This document shows, one piece after another, positions 55,451 to 64,000 of a DNA stretch of 64,000 nt; within the stretch, counting starts at the first letter, position 1, and each line of letters starts with the position of its first letter. Where the stretch lies: sequence record KT184313.1; one strand, 5' to 3'. A program made the translations under genes and the position numbers. Source of the stretch: Enterobacteria phage KhF1. Under the pieces are notes generated by a model. The model searched no databases. It saw only the letters and a program-made list of their open reading frames with translations, and was not told where the DNA came from.

Positions 55451-56050
55451 TTATTTTACCCCTTTGGAGTCTACATCTAGATGGATAGTATATTCTGGTG
55501 GCTCTTGTCCTTCTTCATAAACCAACTCACCATCAACAATGACACGCTCAATAATACTTCCACGTTCATCCTTCAGGACTGAGTTTTTTACAAGAGTTAC
55601 AACAAGAGGTGCAGAATTTTCGAAATCTGTATTGAGATAAGTATAGTCATTCGGGATAGCTCCAGTGTCCAGTACTGTAGCTCCTGTTTCTTCAAGGATT
55701 AAATCTCTGACTGAACTCATCTCTAGTCGTTGTTTAAGCTCAAGCATAATACTGTGAGCACCTTTACCATTCACCGTAATTAATACAGGAATCTGAAAAG
55801 CAATTCTGTAGCAAACTACATCATCCTCAACAAACTTATCAAGAACCCAACCATAAGGTGTTGCAGCATCTTGACAATATACGGTAATAAATGGCTGGTC
55901 AGGTTTTAAACCTTTGTCATTTGAGTTATCAGAAGGGTAAGCTCTAATTACATTTGGTCTATTATTCTTATCACGAGCTAGTCTGTGACCAATAACATCC
56001 ACTAAGGTTCTAACTAGACCTTTTTCAAGTTCTGCTGTTTCTAACTGCAT
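55451..56050 (-). CDS. Head-tail joining / tail completion protein
   Basis: Synteny between capsid and sheath. Confidence 0.35.
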   Translation of the reverse strand: MQLETAELEKGLVRTLVDVIGHRLARDKNNRPNVIRAYPSDNSNDKGLKPDQPFITVYCQDAATPYGWVLDKFVEDDVVCYRIAFQIPVLITVNGKGAHSIMLELKQRLEMSSVRDLILEETGATVLDTGAIPNDYTYLNTDFENSAPLVVTLVKNSVLKDERGSIIERVIVDGELVYEEGQEPPEYTIHLDVDSKGVK

Positions 56051-56426
56051 TCATTTTATCCCTTCTAATAATGATATATTCATAATGGGACGTATGGGCT
56101 AATTGCTGTGACCAATCCATAGTCATAAATACTTCATACTCATGACCATCAATCATAACAATGTCAGACTCATTCCACTCTACATCATCTGAAGTTCTAA
56201 GTTTATATGTGGTATACAGGATTCTTGTATCGGTAAGCCTAATACCTTCCGGTAAAGCAATCTGTGTACCATTCTTTACAGAACCTTTGATATATGGCTG
56301 GATATTACCTTTACAGTTAACCTCTACAACATCTTGTGAAGCTACCCAATCACCATCATCATTATAATAACCGTCTTCAGAGACTTTACGCTTTACTACA
56401 AAGCTGTGTCTGTTTAAGAGTCTCAT
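56025..56426 (-). CDS. Head-tail joining protein
   Basis: Synteny. Confidence 0.35.
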   Translation of the reverse strand: MRLLNRHSFVVKRKVSEDGYYNDDGDWVASQDVVEVNCKGNIQPYIKGSVKNGTQIALPEGIRLTDTRILYTTYKLRTSDDVEWNESDIVMIDGHEYEVFMTMDWSQQLAHTSHYEYIIIRRDKMNAVRNSRT

Positions 56427-56905
56427 TTCTTAATACCCTTCTTAGTAGAAATTTTATAAGCAAGGTTATCTCTTAAGTCACCTGTCTCAACAAGAGGTGC
56501 ATTAAAGCCTTTTTTCTTGACTGTGGAAGGTGCGTTAGGAGGGAGGATAGCAGAATTACCAAAACCCCTTTTAATTGCCTTTTGAGCATTCTTTGCAAAT
56601 GCTTCTAAGGTATTTGAAGGGTCTGTGTTGAGACTGCTAAGTTGCTTATATAGATTCTTCTTAGTCTGCTCTAACAAGGTCTGTTTGTTTAGCATCATAG
56701 TGATTTCAAACAACCTACGATATACTTTACCAGAAGCTGAAGGAACCCCAATAACTTCTTGTAAATACATTAAAGCAGGATAAGAAAAACCAGAGCTATG
56801 TTGACCTTGTTCTTGAAAATACCCAACTTGAGCATTAGCCGTTTGCAAGTTCTTCATAGCCCCGACTAATTTTGCTCTAGCGGGGTGAATAACCCTTTTA
56901 ACCAT
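56423..56905 (-). CDS. Head completion / neck protein
   Basis: Synteny. Confidence 0.35.
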   Translation of the reverse strand: MVKRVIHPARAKLVGAMKNLQTANAQVGYFQEQGQHSSGFSYPALMYLQEVIGVPSASGKVYRRLFEITMMLNKQTLLEQTKKNLYKQLSSLNTDPSNTLEAFAKNAQKAIKRGFGNSAILPPNAPSTVKKKGFNAPLVETGDLRDNLAYKISTKKGIKK

Positions 56906-57354
56906 TATTCATCTCGCTCGATAATAAATACGCCATTAACACGGTTGCAGTAATCTCTGCCTTCGTATCTGGCAGCATCACCATATTCTGTGTATTTCTT
57001 GACAGAGCAAGGATTATGACGACGCATGTCAATATCACACTGATTAATACCACCTGCATAGGGTAGTCCTGAAACAGAGCTTTTAACAAGGTCGTCATAA
57101 ACAGCTTTCAGAGATTTGAATCTGGAAGAGTTACGTAAGTAAACACCACCAACTTTCTCATCTCCCATCTTGGCTACTTGAAAGAGTAAATATTTAAGAG
57201 CTTTGATGGCTGCTTTCTTTTCATCCTTTCCAGATTCTAGGTAGAACCACTCTAGCACAGACTGTTCAATAAGAATTTCGTCATTATTGGTGTCTGTGCA
57301 GAGGATTCTTACTCTATCAAGAGGGTTATTGGCTGGGTCGCCTGTATAACACAT
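56905..57354 (-). CDS. Head completion / connector protein
   Basis: Synteny. Confidence 0.35.
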   Translation of the reverse strand: MCYTGDPANNPLDRVRILCTDTNNDEILIEQSVLEWFYLESGKDEKKAAIKALKYLLFQVAKMGDEKVGGVYLRNSSRFKSLKAVYDDLVKSSVSGLPYAGGINQCDIDMRRHNPCSVKKYTEYGDAARYEGRDYCNRVNGVFIIERDE

Positions 57355-57375
57355 TCATAACCCTCCTTAAGAATA

Positions 57376-58482
57376 TTATTCGCCTTTAGCGTCAGCACGA
57401 ACATCTACCAGCAACTGAGGACGAGTACAGTATGGCAGCATGTAAGAGTGGGCTTCGAAGTCAATACCTTCGTCACGGTCTTTTTCGTATTCAAATACGT
57501 ACAGTTCCTGACCAAGTGTATTTGCATAACCCATCTTAGGACATGGGCCATATGCCACTTCGAAGATGTTGTTAGCTTCACCCAGCATAGATACGTTAGG
57601 GAAAGCATGACCAACACCAACGGTGTCTGCTACGCTGTCAATGCTCACCAGAGTGTGAACCTTACCACGCTTGTCTTTGAACTTGCCGTTGTACTGGACA
57701 AACTTCACACCACCGTAGTAGAAAGTGTTCATGTGAGCCTGAACTCCGTCAGTACCACCAGTTCTCAGAGAACCAGTAATCTGTTGCCAAGCCAGTGGAG
57801 TCTGCTGTGCAAGATAAGCGTCACGAATCTTAGGATGCTTGGTCAGTTTGCTGAAGAATACACGGTCAACAACTACGTGAATTTCTTCACCGTTGATTAC
57901 AGTGCCAGTCTTAGCTTCGTCTTCCATGTGCATACGCAGTTCTTCAATAGAAGCGTCAATGTCAGCATTAGGGTTGTCAAGGTCGAAGTAAACAGTCTTC
58001 TTCTCAACGTCGAACTGCTTGTACAGGTCAGCATACAGAGTACCACGAGCATCAACAACTTTACCCTTCAGAGCTTGCATAAACAAGAACTCACGAGTAA
58101 TATCGAACTTGGTACGAATCTTCATCAGCTTCTTAGCACGTACTACAGCTTCAGTAGTCAGTTCGTTTGCAGTGCCTGGCTGACGTACACCCTGAATCTC
58201 ATCAGGAGTAATGCTTTCAACTTCTTTGAAGTACATCATTGGGAAGCTGATTTGACGAACACGCTCAGGTGCGCTAGTCTCTGCTTTACGGCTATCACGG
58301 TCTACCGCATCAAGCAAGCTAACATCCCAATCAGTCAAGTCCATAAGGAAAGTAGTTTGGGTGATTGGTGCTGAACGGAACAGACCTAAGTTGGAAATAT
58401 ACCCATAAGTATTTGGGATAGACTGGACTTCACCAGTCAGGTCAGCAAGGAAAAATCTGCTTTTTTCAGAATTAGTCAACAT
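57376..58482 (-). CDS. Major capsid protein
   Basis: 368 aa directly downstream of protease/scaffold and decoration-like genes. Confidence 0.6.
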   Translation of the reverse strand: MLTNSEKSRFFLADLTGEVQSIPNTYGYISNLGLFRSAPITQTTFLMDLTDWDVSLLDAVDRDSRKAETSAPERVRQISFPMMYFKEVESITPDEIQGVRQPGTANELTTEAVVRAKKLMKIRTKFDITREFLFMQALKGKVVDARGTLYADLYKQFDVEKKTVYFDLDNPNADIDASIEELRMHMEDEAKTGTVINGEEIHVVVDRVFFSKLTKHPKIRDAYLAQQTPLAWQQITGSLRTGGTDGVQAHMNTFYYGGVKFVQYNGKFKDKRGKVHTLVSIDSVADTVGVGHAFPNVSMLGEANNIFEVAYGPCPKMGYANTLGQELYVFEYEKDRDEGIDFEAHSYMLPYCTRPQLLVDVRADAKGE

Positions 58483-58515
58483 TGTAAAATTCTCCAGAAT
58501 GTCTTATTATTGTTA

Positions 58516-58893
58516 TTACAGGCCAGTTGGTACGAAATCAATACCTTTAGCAGCCAGAGCTGTCTTGACTGCATCAGCATCAACACCTGATTCAAGAGTA
58601 AGCAGGTCTTTTAGTTCTGCGTCACGGGAAATACCAACCACTTTCAACTGACCGTGGTAAGACAGTTGCAGGTCTGCATAAAAGTTAACGATACATACAG
58701 AATCAGCCTGAGCTTCTTCTCCTGCTGCAACTTTAGTACCATCTGCTTTCAGAACTTCACCTACACGGTATTCTGTTGAAGCAACTGGGGTGTACTCTTT
58801 ACGAGAGTGGCCTGTTGGGGTAACCTGTTCCCAAAGAATGATATCATTCAGAGGTTCTCTTTTACCTAACTTAGTAAAACCTTGATATGCCAT
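58516..58893 (-). CDS. Head decoration / capsid accessory protein
   Basis: 125 aa between protease/scaffold and major capsid. Confidence 0.35.
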   Translation of the reverse strand: MAYQGFTKLGKREPLNDIILWEQVTPTGHSRKEYTPVASTEYRVGEVLKADGTKVAAGEEAQADSVCIVNFYADLQLSYHGQLKVVGISRDAELKDLLTLESGVDADAVKTALAAKGIDFVPTGL

Positions 58894-58904
58894 TATTGTG
58901 TTCC

Positions 58905-60251
58905 TTATTTGATAAGAGATTTTAGAGCATTCTGGAGAGCCAGTTTGCGTTGTTCAGCGGTGTCTTCGGAAGCATTCTTAGCTGGTTCTTTTTCTTCTTC
59001 AACCAAATCAGCTTCGCCGTCATTACCCATTTCTTCCATAGCATTAGAATGTTCAAGAACAGCACCAGCAGTTTCTTTCAGCTTGGTAATTTCTGATTCT
59101 TTTTCTTCCATTGCAGAAGCATGGGACGCGATAGTTTCATTAAGTTTCTGGTTAGCACCTTCCATAGCATTCATAAACAGAACGCTCAGAGGGTTATCAA
59201 GACCAGCACCTAAAATAGTCGTTGCAGCTTCTTTTGCATCAAACCCAAAAGCTTCAGCAGAAGCAGAAATCTTATTAGTCAAATCTGACAAAGCAGCTTC
59301 CTGTTCTTTAGCTTTCATTTGAGCAACCTGAAGACGCAAAGCTTCTAGTTCTTGCTTTTCTTGTTCAGTCATTTCTTCACCTGAATTGTTAACGTTTAAA
59401 CTTACAGGAGCCTCTTCAGAACCTTGTAAGTAATTTAAGAAATCATCTTGAGACATGATTGAGTTAATTAAACCAAGTTCAAGAGCTTCCTGAGCAGAAT
59501 AAACATTCGCCTCAGTATTCTTTACAGCTTCTTCAGAGAGATTACGAGATTCTGCTACAAAACCTGTAAAGGTTGCGTAGGTATCATTAATTCTCTTTTG
59601 AAGTCTTTCTTTGCTTTCTTCTGAGAGTGCTTGGAATGGTGAACCCATCCCTTTAAATTCACCAGCTTTAATGACGTTAATTGTTACGCCATTCTTTTCA
59701 AATGCCTTAGTTAATTCCTGATGAACCATAATTACACCAATAGAACCAACATCTGCATCTGGTGATGCAATAATTTCTTCAGCAGAAGATGCAAGAGCGT
59801 ATGCAGCGGAACAAGCGAACTCATCTACATAAGCAATAATTTTCTTTTGGCCTCTTGAAGCCATAATGTGACGTGCTAATTCAAAGCAACCTGAAGCTTC
59901 ACCACCACCAGAATCGATGTGCAGAACAATAGTCTTGATTGACTCATCTGCTAAAGCTTCGTCAAAGCCTCTACGCAAACCTTCATAAGAGCTTAATCCA
60001 CCTGTACACATTGCATCAATGAATGTCATACGATGGGTTAAACCACCCATAATAGGAATAATAGCAATGTCATCTTTTACTTTTAAAAGACTTCTTGCTT
60101 CACCTTTGGGTTTATCAAAGTTTACTGCTGCTTGGACATCACCCAGCAATCTGTTATTCACATAAGTTGCTGCTGAGTGAGCTAATGATTCAGTGGCTAG
60201 TAAAGGTTGGTTGAATAATCTATCAGCAAGTCTGAAGATATTCGAACTCAT
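58905..60251 (-). CDS. Prohead protease (S49/ClpP-like) fused to scaffold-like C-terminal domain
   Basis: S49-type motif IDSGGGEASG; C-terminal charged coiled-coil region; 448 aa. Confidence 0.6.
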   Translation of the reverse strand: MSSNIFRLADRLFNQPLLATESLAHSAATYVNNRLLGDVQAAVNFDKPKGEARSLLKVKDDIAIIPIMGGLTHRMTFIDAMCTGGLSSYEGLRRGFDEALADESIKTIVLHIDSGGGEASGCFELARHIMASRGQKKIIAYVDEFACSAAYALASSAEEIIASPDADVGSIGVIMVHQELTKAFEKNGVTINVIKAGEFKGMGSPFQALSEESKERLQKRINDTYATFTGFVAESRNLSEEAVKNTEANVYSAQEALELGLINSIMSQDDFLNYLQGSEEAPVSLNVNNSGEEMTEQEKQELEALRLQVAQMKAKEQEAALSDLTNKISASAEAFGFDAKEAATTILGAGLDNPLSVLFMNAMEGANQKLNETIASHASAMEEKESEITKLKETAGAVLEHSNAMEEMGNDGEADLVEEEKEPAKNASEDTAEQRKLALQNALKSLIK

Positions 60252-60262
60252 TTTTACTCACC

Positions 60263-60595
60263 CTATTTGTTTAAATCTACAGAGACTGAAGAGATAACAT
60301 AGATACCTTCTTCAGCGAAGAATTGAGGTTTGCTAAGAGCACCAGTTGCCACGCATTTATCGTTAGCATCCCACAAGCTATAGTGTGAGACCGTTGCAGA
60401 AGCTGGGACAGTAATATTAACTGTGTCTTCTGAGGCAATTAAGCCATTATCCGGTTCAGAAAAATAAATAGCCACTGGCTGAGTAACCTTATTTGCTGTA
60501 GGGTCTGCCGTTGGGTCTACATTGTGTAAAATAATAGTCGTTGGGGTTAGCGTGGCGAGGATTTTATTCTTACCATCAATAGTTAATGTTCCCAT
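60263..60595 (-). CDS. Hypothetical head-module protein (110 aa)
   Basis: ORF in structural block. Confidence 0.35.
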   Translation of the reverse strand: MGTLTIDGKNKILATLTPTTIILHNVDPTADPTANKVTQPVAIYFSEPDNGLIASEDTVNITVPASATVSHYSLWDANDKCVATGALSKPQFFAEEGIYVISSVSVDLNK

Positions 60596-61095
60596 TAATT
60601 AAACCTTACTTTTTGTTTAAGGACTGTTGAATGGTTACCAGATTCATCTACCACATTTACAATCATATCATATACTTTGCCTTTGACAAGTACTTTGTAA
60701 TCATTTTGTGAAAAAATGTATTCAAGTCTGTTTGTTTCTTTATTAACTGTCATTGGAGATTGAAATGCAGTGTCGAGGGTAATGAAAGCGGCTTCAATGC
60801 TATTAACATTGATACGTTTATTCTCGCAGTTATATAACTTTACACCCAAAAGGCATGAACTGTCAAATGGAATTTTAACAATTTCACTACAATTTCCTAA
60901 AATAAACGGTTTTCCACTCATTGGTGCATCAAGTAACCTGCAAATAGTGAAAACGTCAGAGGTTCCACCATCACTTACATAACCTGAAAGGCTGACCCTT
61001 GAGCCAGCCTCTACAGATAATTTGTCAGTGATAATAAGAACACCTCTATACGAATGCACTCGTGTAGCATTTGAAATAGAGATAACTTCAGCCAT
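60595..61095 (-). CDS. Hypothetical head-module protein (166 aa)
   Basis: ORF in structural block. Confidence 0.35.
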   Translation of the reverse strand: MAEVISISNATRVHSYRGVLIITDKLSVEAGSRVSLSGYVSDGGTSDVFTICRLLDAPMSGKPFILGNCSEIVKIPFDSSCLLGVKLYNCENKRINVNSIEAAFITLDTAFQSPMTVNKETNRLEYIFSQNDYKVLVKGKVYDMIVNVVDESGNHSTVLKQKVRFN

Positions 61096-62570
61096 TATTT
61101 ATTTGCCTTATTTGCTGTGCTTGGGTCTTTCGCTGAAGGTGTCTTTGCAGTGCCTTCCCCAGCGGTCTTATAACCATCTCCTGAACGGCTTTGGCTATTT
61201 GGAGAAAGCTTTTCAGATACTGGTTGAGACTCATCAGCAGGAGGAAGACCAATATGCTCTCTAAGCTTGTTAGATAGCTCTTTGTCAACTTCCAAAGCAC
61301 CTACTGCAACAGTCTTCTGGATATAAGAACCAATTGCTTCAAGGTCTGGAGTTTCGATATCATCATATGTGATTTGTACATGTTCTTCATCATCCCACAT
61401 ATTAAGAGCATAAGTCTGTGCAACTAAATCACGGTTAATTACGTTCTTAATTTGCTTCAGCAGAATATCTACTGACATTGCTAGTAAGCTTGTCTTAGAA
61501 TCTGCAAGAGAGAATGAACCATATTTTGACTGACCCATAGCAAGAACATCTGACATAAATGCCATCATAATCTGCTTGGAATATCTGTCAATAATAGAAC
61601 CTGTATCGTATGCTTTAGCACCCTGTCTAGAAACTAATGAGAACTCGAAAATATCCTCTTTAGTATCTGGGTCGATATATCTAGGCCAGATTAAACCTGC
61701 TCTATCATTAGCAATCATATCGTTAACAACAGTTTTGCAGTATTGTACGAAAGCTTTCTTTTCAGGTTCTGCATTTTCATCCAGATAATCTGGTGGTAAA
61801 CCAATCTTTGGCATACCTACCAAGTCTCTTGAAACACCAACAGCTTCGTACTCTTCAATCTGAACTTTATACTTCCACGGTACATAGGCATTAAGTAATG
61901 GTGAACGACCTTCTGGGTTTCCATATTCATCATCATACTTAAACAGCATGAATTTAGCTCGTGGAAGTTTTCTTGTTAGCGGTCTTTCTCCAAGATTAAT
62001 TGCTCCAGCAATATGTGAAACATTTCTCAGATTCTGTCTGACACCAGTAACTTTTCTAAAGTCTTCGTCAAAATACCACTTATCAAGTGTTGATTGGTTT
62101 CTGATTGGTAATTTAGCCCATCCAATTAGACCATCATCAAATTTTGACTGGTACTTTCCTTTTTTACCCTGTCGCTTCTTATAAACTTTCTCGTTAACAC
62201 AGAACCCATAAGTGCAGAATGACATTACAGAATTAATAAAATCTGCCCAATCATGCTCCATGTCATCCATTAAAGAATTAAAGAAGTCTGCTCTTTCAAG
62301 CATTTTAGGGTCTTGCTCTTTTCCCTTTGGAGGTACGAATCTCCAGTTGACTTTTCTGACAAACATCTTAATAATATTTACAGATGCTGCTACAGCAGGG
62401 TCACGCATCATTAATTGGAAAGTTTTAATACTTTCAGGGAACCTTAGTGCCTGACGAGGTTCTTCATAGATTCTTCCATTCTTAACCTTCAGACCCAAAG
62501 AACCTACTTCACCCATTCTAAATGGTGGTAAGCTTTCTTGTGTTTCTGTAATATCTGCCATTCTTCTCAC
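61095..62570 (-). CDS. Portal protein
   Basis: 491 aa directly downstream of terminase large subunit. Confidence 0.6.
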   Translation of the reverse strand: MRRMADITETQESLPPFRMGEVGSLGLKVKNGRIYEEPRQALRFPESIKTFQLMMRDPAVAASVNIIKMFVRKVNWRFVPPKGKEQDPKMLERADFFNSLMDDMEHDWADFINSVMSFCTYGFCVNEKVYKKRQGKKGKYQSKFDDGLIGWAKLPIRNQSTLDKWYFDEDFRKVTGVRQNLRNVSHIAGAINLGERPLTRKLPRAKFMLFKYDDEYGNPEGRSPLLNAYVPWKYKVQIEEYEAVGVSRDLVGMPKIGLPPDYLDENAEPEKKAFVQYCKTVVNDMIANDRAGLIWPRYIDPDTKEDIFEFSLVSRQGAKAYDTGSIIDRYSKQIMMAFMSDVLAMGQSKYGSFSLADSKTSLLAMSVDILLKQIKNVINRDLVAQTYALNMWDDEEHVQITYDDIETPDLEAIGSYIQKTVAVGALEVDKELSNKLREHIGLPPADESQPVSEKLSPNSQSRSGDGYKTAGEGTAKTPSAKDPSTANKANK

Positions 62571-62577
62571 CTAGCTA

Positions 62578-63990
62578 TCAACGTCTAAGCCCCTCATATG
62601 GGTTTCCTCTCACTAAGTCTGTGTGAGCACCCATTGATGGTGGCTTGAATAATTTAACTTCGTTCAGACTGTTGAAAGCATCACTGGTAGCATCCACTTG
62701 GTCATCTTTAGTTTTGCCGTCACCACAAAAGCCTTCAAGTTCTTGAAAATAAGCTTCGTTCCAACTACCTCTCAAGACTTTTACAAGTCCAGCTTCAGAA
62801 GCAGCAGAAAATCCCGCAAAGCGGGTAACTTTATCTTTATTTGTTGGTTTGGCCCTTGCTCGATAACCTTTCTCGGCAAGTTTCCTGATGAGGGATGTTG
62901 CGTAGGATTTACCAGCAGCGCCTGGGTCTTGAGGGATAAAAATACCAGTTCGCTTACCGTCACTTTCAGCAGTCAAATTAATTTGTGTTTCGACTCCAGA
63001 GGGTCTATCTCTAAATCTTACTACATCAATGATATAATAGCAACCGTCTTTTTTAGATTTACCCATCTTAACACCTGCTGTCCAGTCTGGATTAGGGTTA
63101 ACCTCAGATGGTAAAGTTGCTGCTAAGTCCCATGCTCTAACATCAAACACATCTTCTGGGAGTGAATCAACAATCTCACACCATTGTCTTTGCCAATAGT
63201 TTGAACCTTCTGCACGAGCCTTCCAGTTACCGAAACGAAGTCTTGCAACGTTTACAGGAGTGTTGTTTTCAAGCTTACCGCGATACTTTGGTTCTAAGAA
63301 GTCAAGAATTGGATTATCATCAATTGTACCAGAGATGAAGGTGTATGTTTGAGGAATCTCAAGAGGGAACATTTCAAGAATCTTGTCTCTCTCCCAATCA
63401 GAAACCATCACACCATCATTCATTACATACCAACGAATACGACCACACTTTTCAGGGTCTGGGTAACCTTCTTCATCTAAGAATGGTTCTACCCAATCGT
63501 AAATAAAGTGGTCTCTATCTGGGTTCATGGAAATCTTCATGTATGAATCACCTTCAGCACCAGAACGTAGACGGGTTTGTAGGTATGAAATCTGTGAAGC
63601 AGAGAAGTGTGTACCTTCGTCAAAGTAAATAGCTGAGTATTCAATCCCCTGATGACCTTCAGCGTGCTTTTCAAGTTCTAGGTAGGTAAACTTGATAGTT
63701 GCCCCAGAAGGGAATGTGATAGTCATTTTCTGCTCGTGAGGAATCCCACCAAACTTACCAAATAGTTTCTTTGCAGCAGGCCATAAACCACCTTGTAACT
63801 GTGTTGTATTTCGACGGAAATATACAGCATTATAGTTAGGGTCTTCAATAAATCTTAAAGAGTCCATTAACAATGCAGCAGTTTTACCAGCACCAGCAGC
63901 ACCACCATAAAGAACCAAGTCAGCATTAGTATTTAAAAAGACCTCTTGAGAACCCGGCTGAGGGGCTACATAGTTCTTATCAGTCATCAA
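62578..63990 (-). CDS. Terminase large subunit
   Basis: N-terminal Walker A LVLYGGAAGAGKTAAL; 470 aa; first gene of structural block. Confidence 0.85.
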   Translation of the reverse strand: MMTDKNYVAPQPGSQEVFLNTNADLVLYGGAAGAGKTAALLMDSLRFIEDPNYNAVYFRRNTTQLQGGLWPAAKKLFGKFGGIPHEQKMTITFPSGATIKFTYLELEKHAEGHQGIEYSAIYFDEGTHFSASQISYLQTRLRSGAEGDSYMKISMNPDRDHFIYDWVEPFLDEEGYPDPEKCGRIRWYVMNDGVMVSDWERDKILEMFPLEIPQTYTFISGTIDDNPILDFLEPKYRGKLENNTPVNVARLRFGNWKARAEGSNYWQRQWCEIVDSLPEDVFDVRAWDLAATLPSEVNPNPDWTAGVKMGKSKKDGCYYIIDVVRFRDRPSGVETQINLTAESDGKRTGIFIPQDPGAAGKSYATSLIRKLAEKGYRARAKPTNKDKVTRFAGFSAASEAGLVKVLRGSWNEAYFQELEGFCGDGKTKDDQVDATSDAFNSLNEVKLFKPPSMGAHTDLVRGNPYEGLRR

Positions 63991-64000
63991 TTTGAAGATA

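Noticed and set aside
57448-58374. 308-aa plus-strand ORF antisense to the major capsid gene
   Set aside because: Entirely inside a longer minus-strand gene in a uniformly minus-strand structural block; low-complexity Val/Leu/Ser-rich translation typical of antisense frames. The same applies to 8802-9329, 45455-45982, 58882-59322, 62698-63114, 30125-30514 and 30569-30973.

Overview
This 64 kb window reads as a contiguous piece of a virulent, AT-rich, tailed dsDNA phage genome with a contractile tail (myovirus) and a Gram-negative host (lipoboxes, Sec signal peptides, candidate spanin pair, sigma70-like promoters). All calls rest on motif reading and gene order by eye; no database search was run. 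There are three transcription blocks. (1) Leftward, 435-29576: macro-domain protein, candidate overlapping spanins, SLT-type lytic transglycosylase, rIIB/rIIA, an NAD+ module (NAMPT-family plus PRPP-synthetase-family genes), anaerobic and aerobic ribonucleotide reductases with glutaredoxin, T7 gp6-like exonuclease, SSB with acidic tail, T7 gp4-like primase-helicase, dNMP kinase. (2) Rightward, 29834-40596: family A DNA polymerase, small early genes, ATP-dependent DNA ligase, a repeat-flanked two-gene cassette, DHFR, thymidylate synthase. (3) Leftward, 40633-63990: tail fibres with His-box tips, Mu/P2-like baseplate set, tape measure, chaperones with a -1 frameshift site, tube, sheath, head completion proteins, major capsid, S49 protease/scaffold, portal, large terminase. 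Gene content recalls Felix O1-like phages (from memory, unverified). The strongest candidate for a notable system is the adjacent NAMPT-like/Prs-like pair at 8706-11429, which fits the phage NAD+ reconstitution (anti-NAD+-depletion) architecture, alongside a macro-domain fusion protein and three diverged copies of a GT-rich, hairpin-ending repeat around an unknown two-gene cassette. The first ~150 nt contain N calls and homopolymers and look like low-quality sequence.
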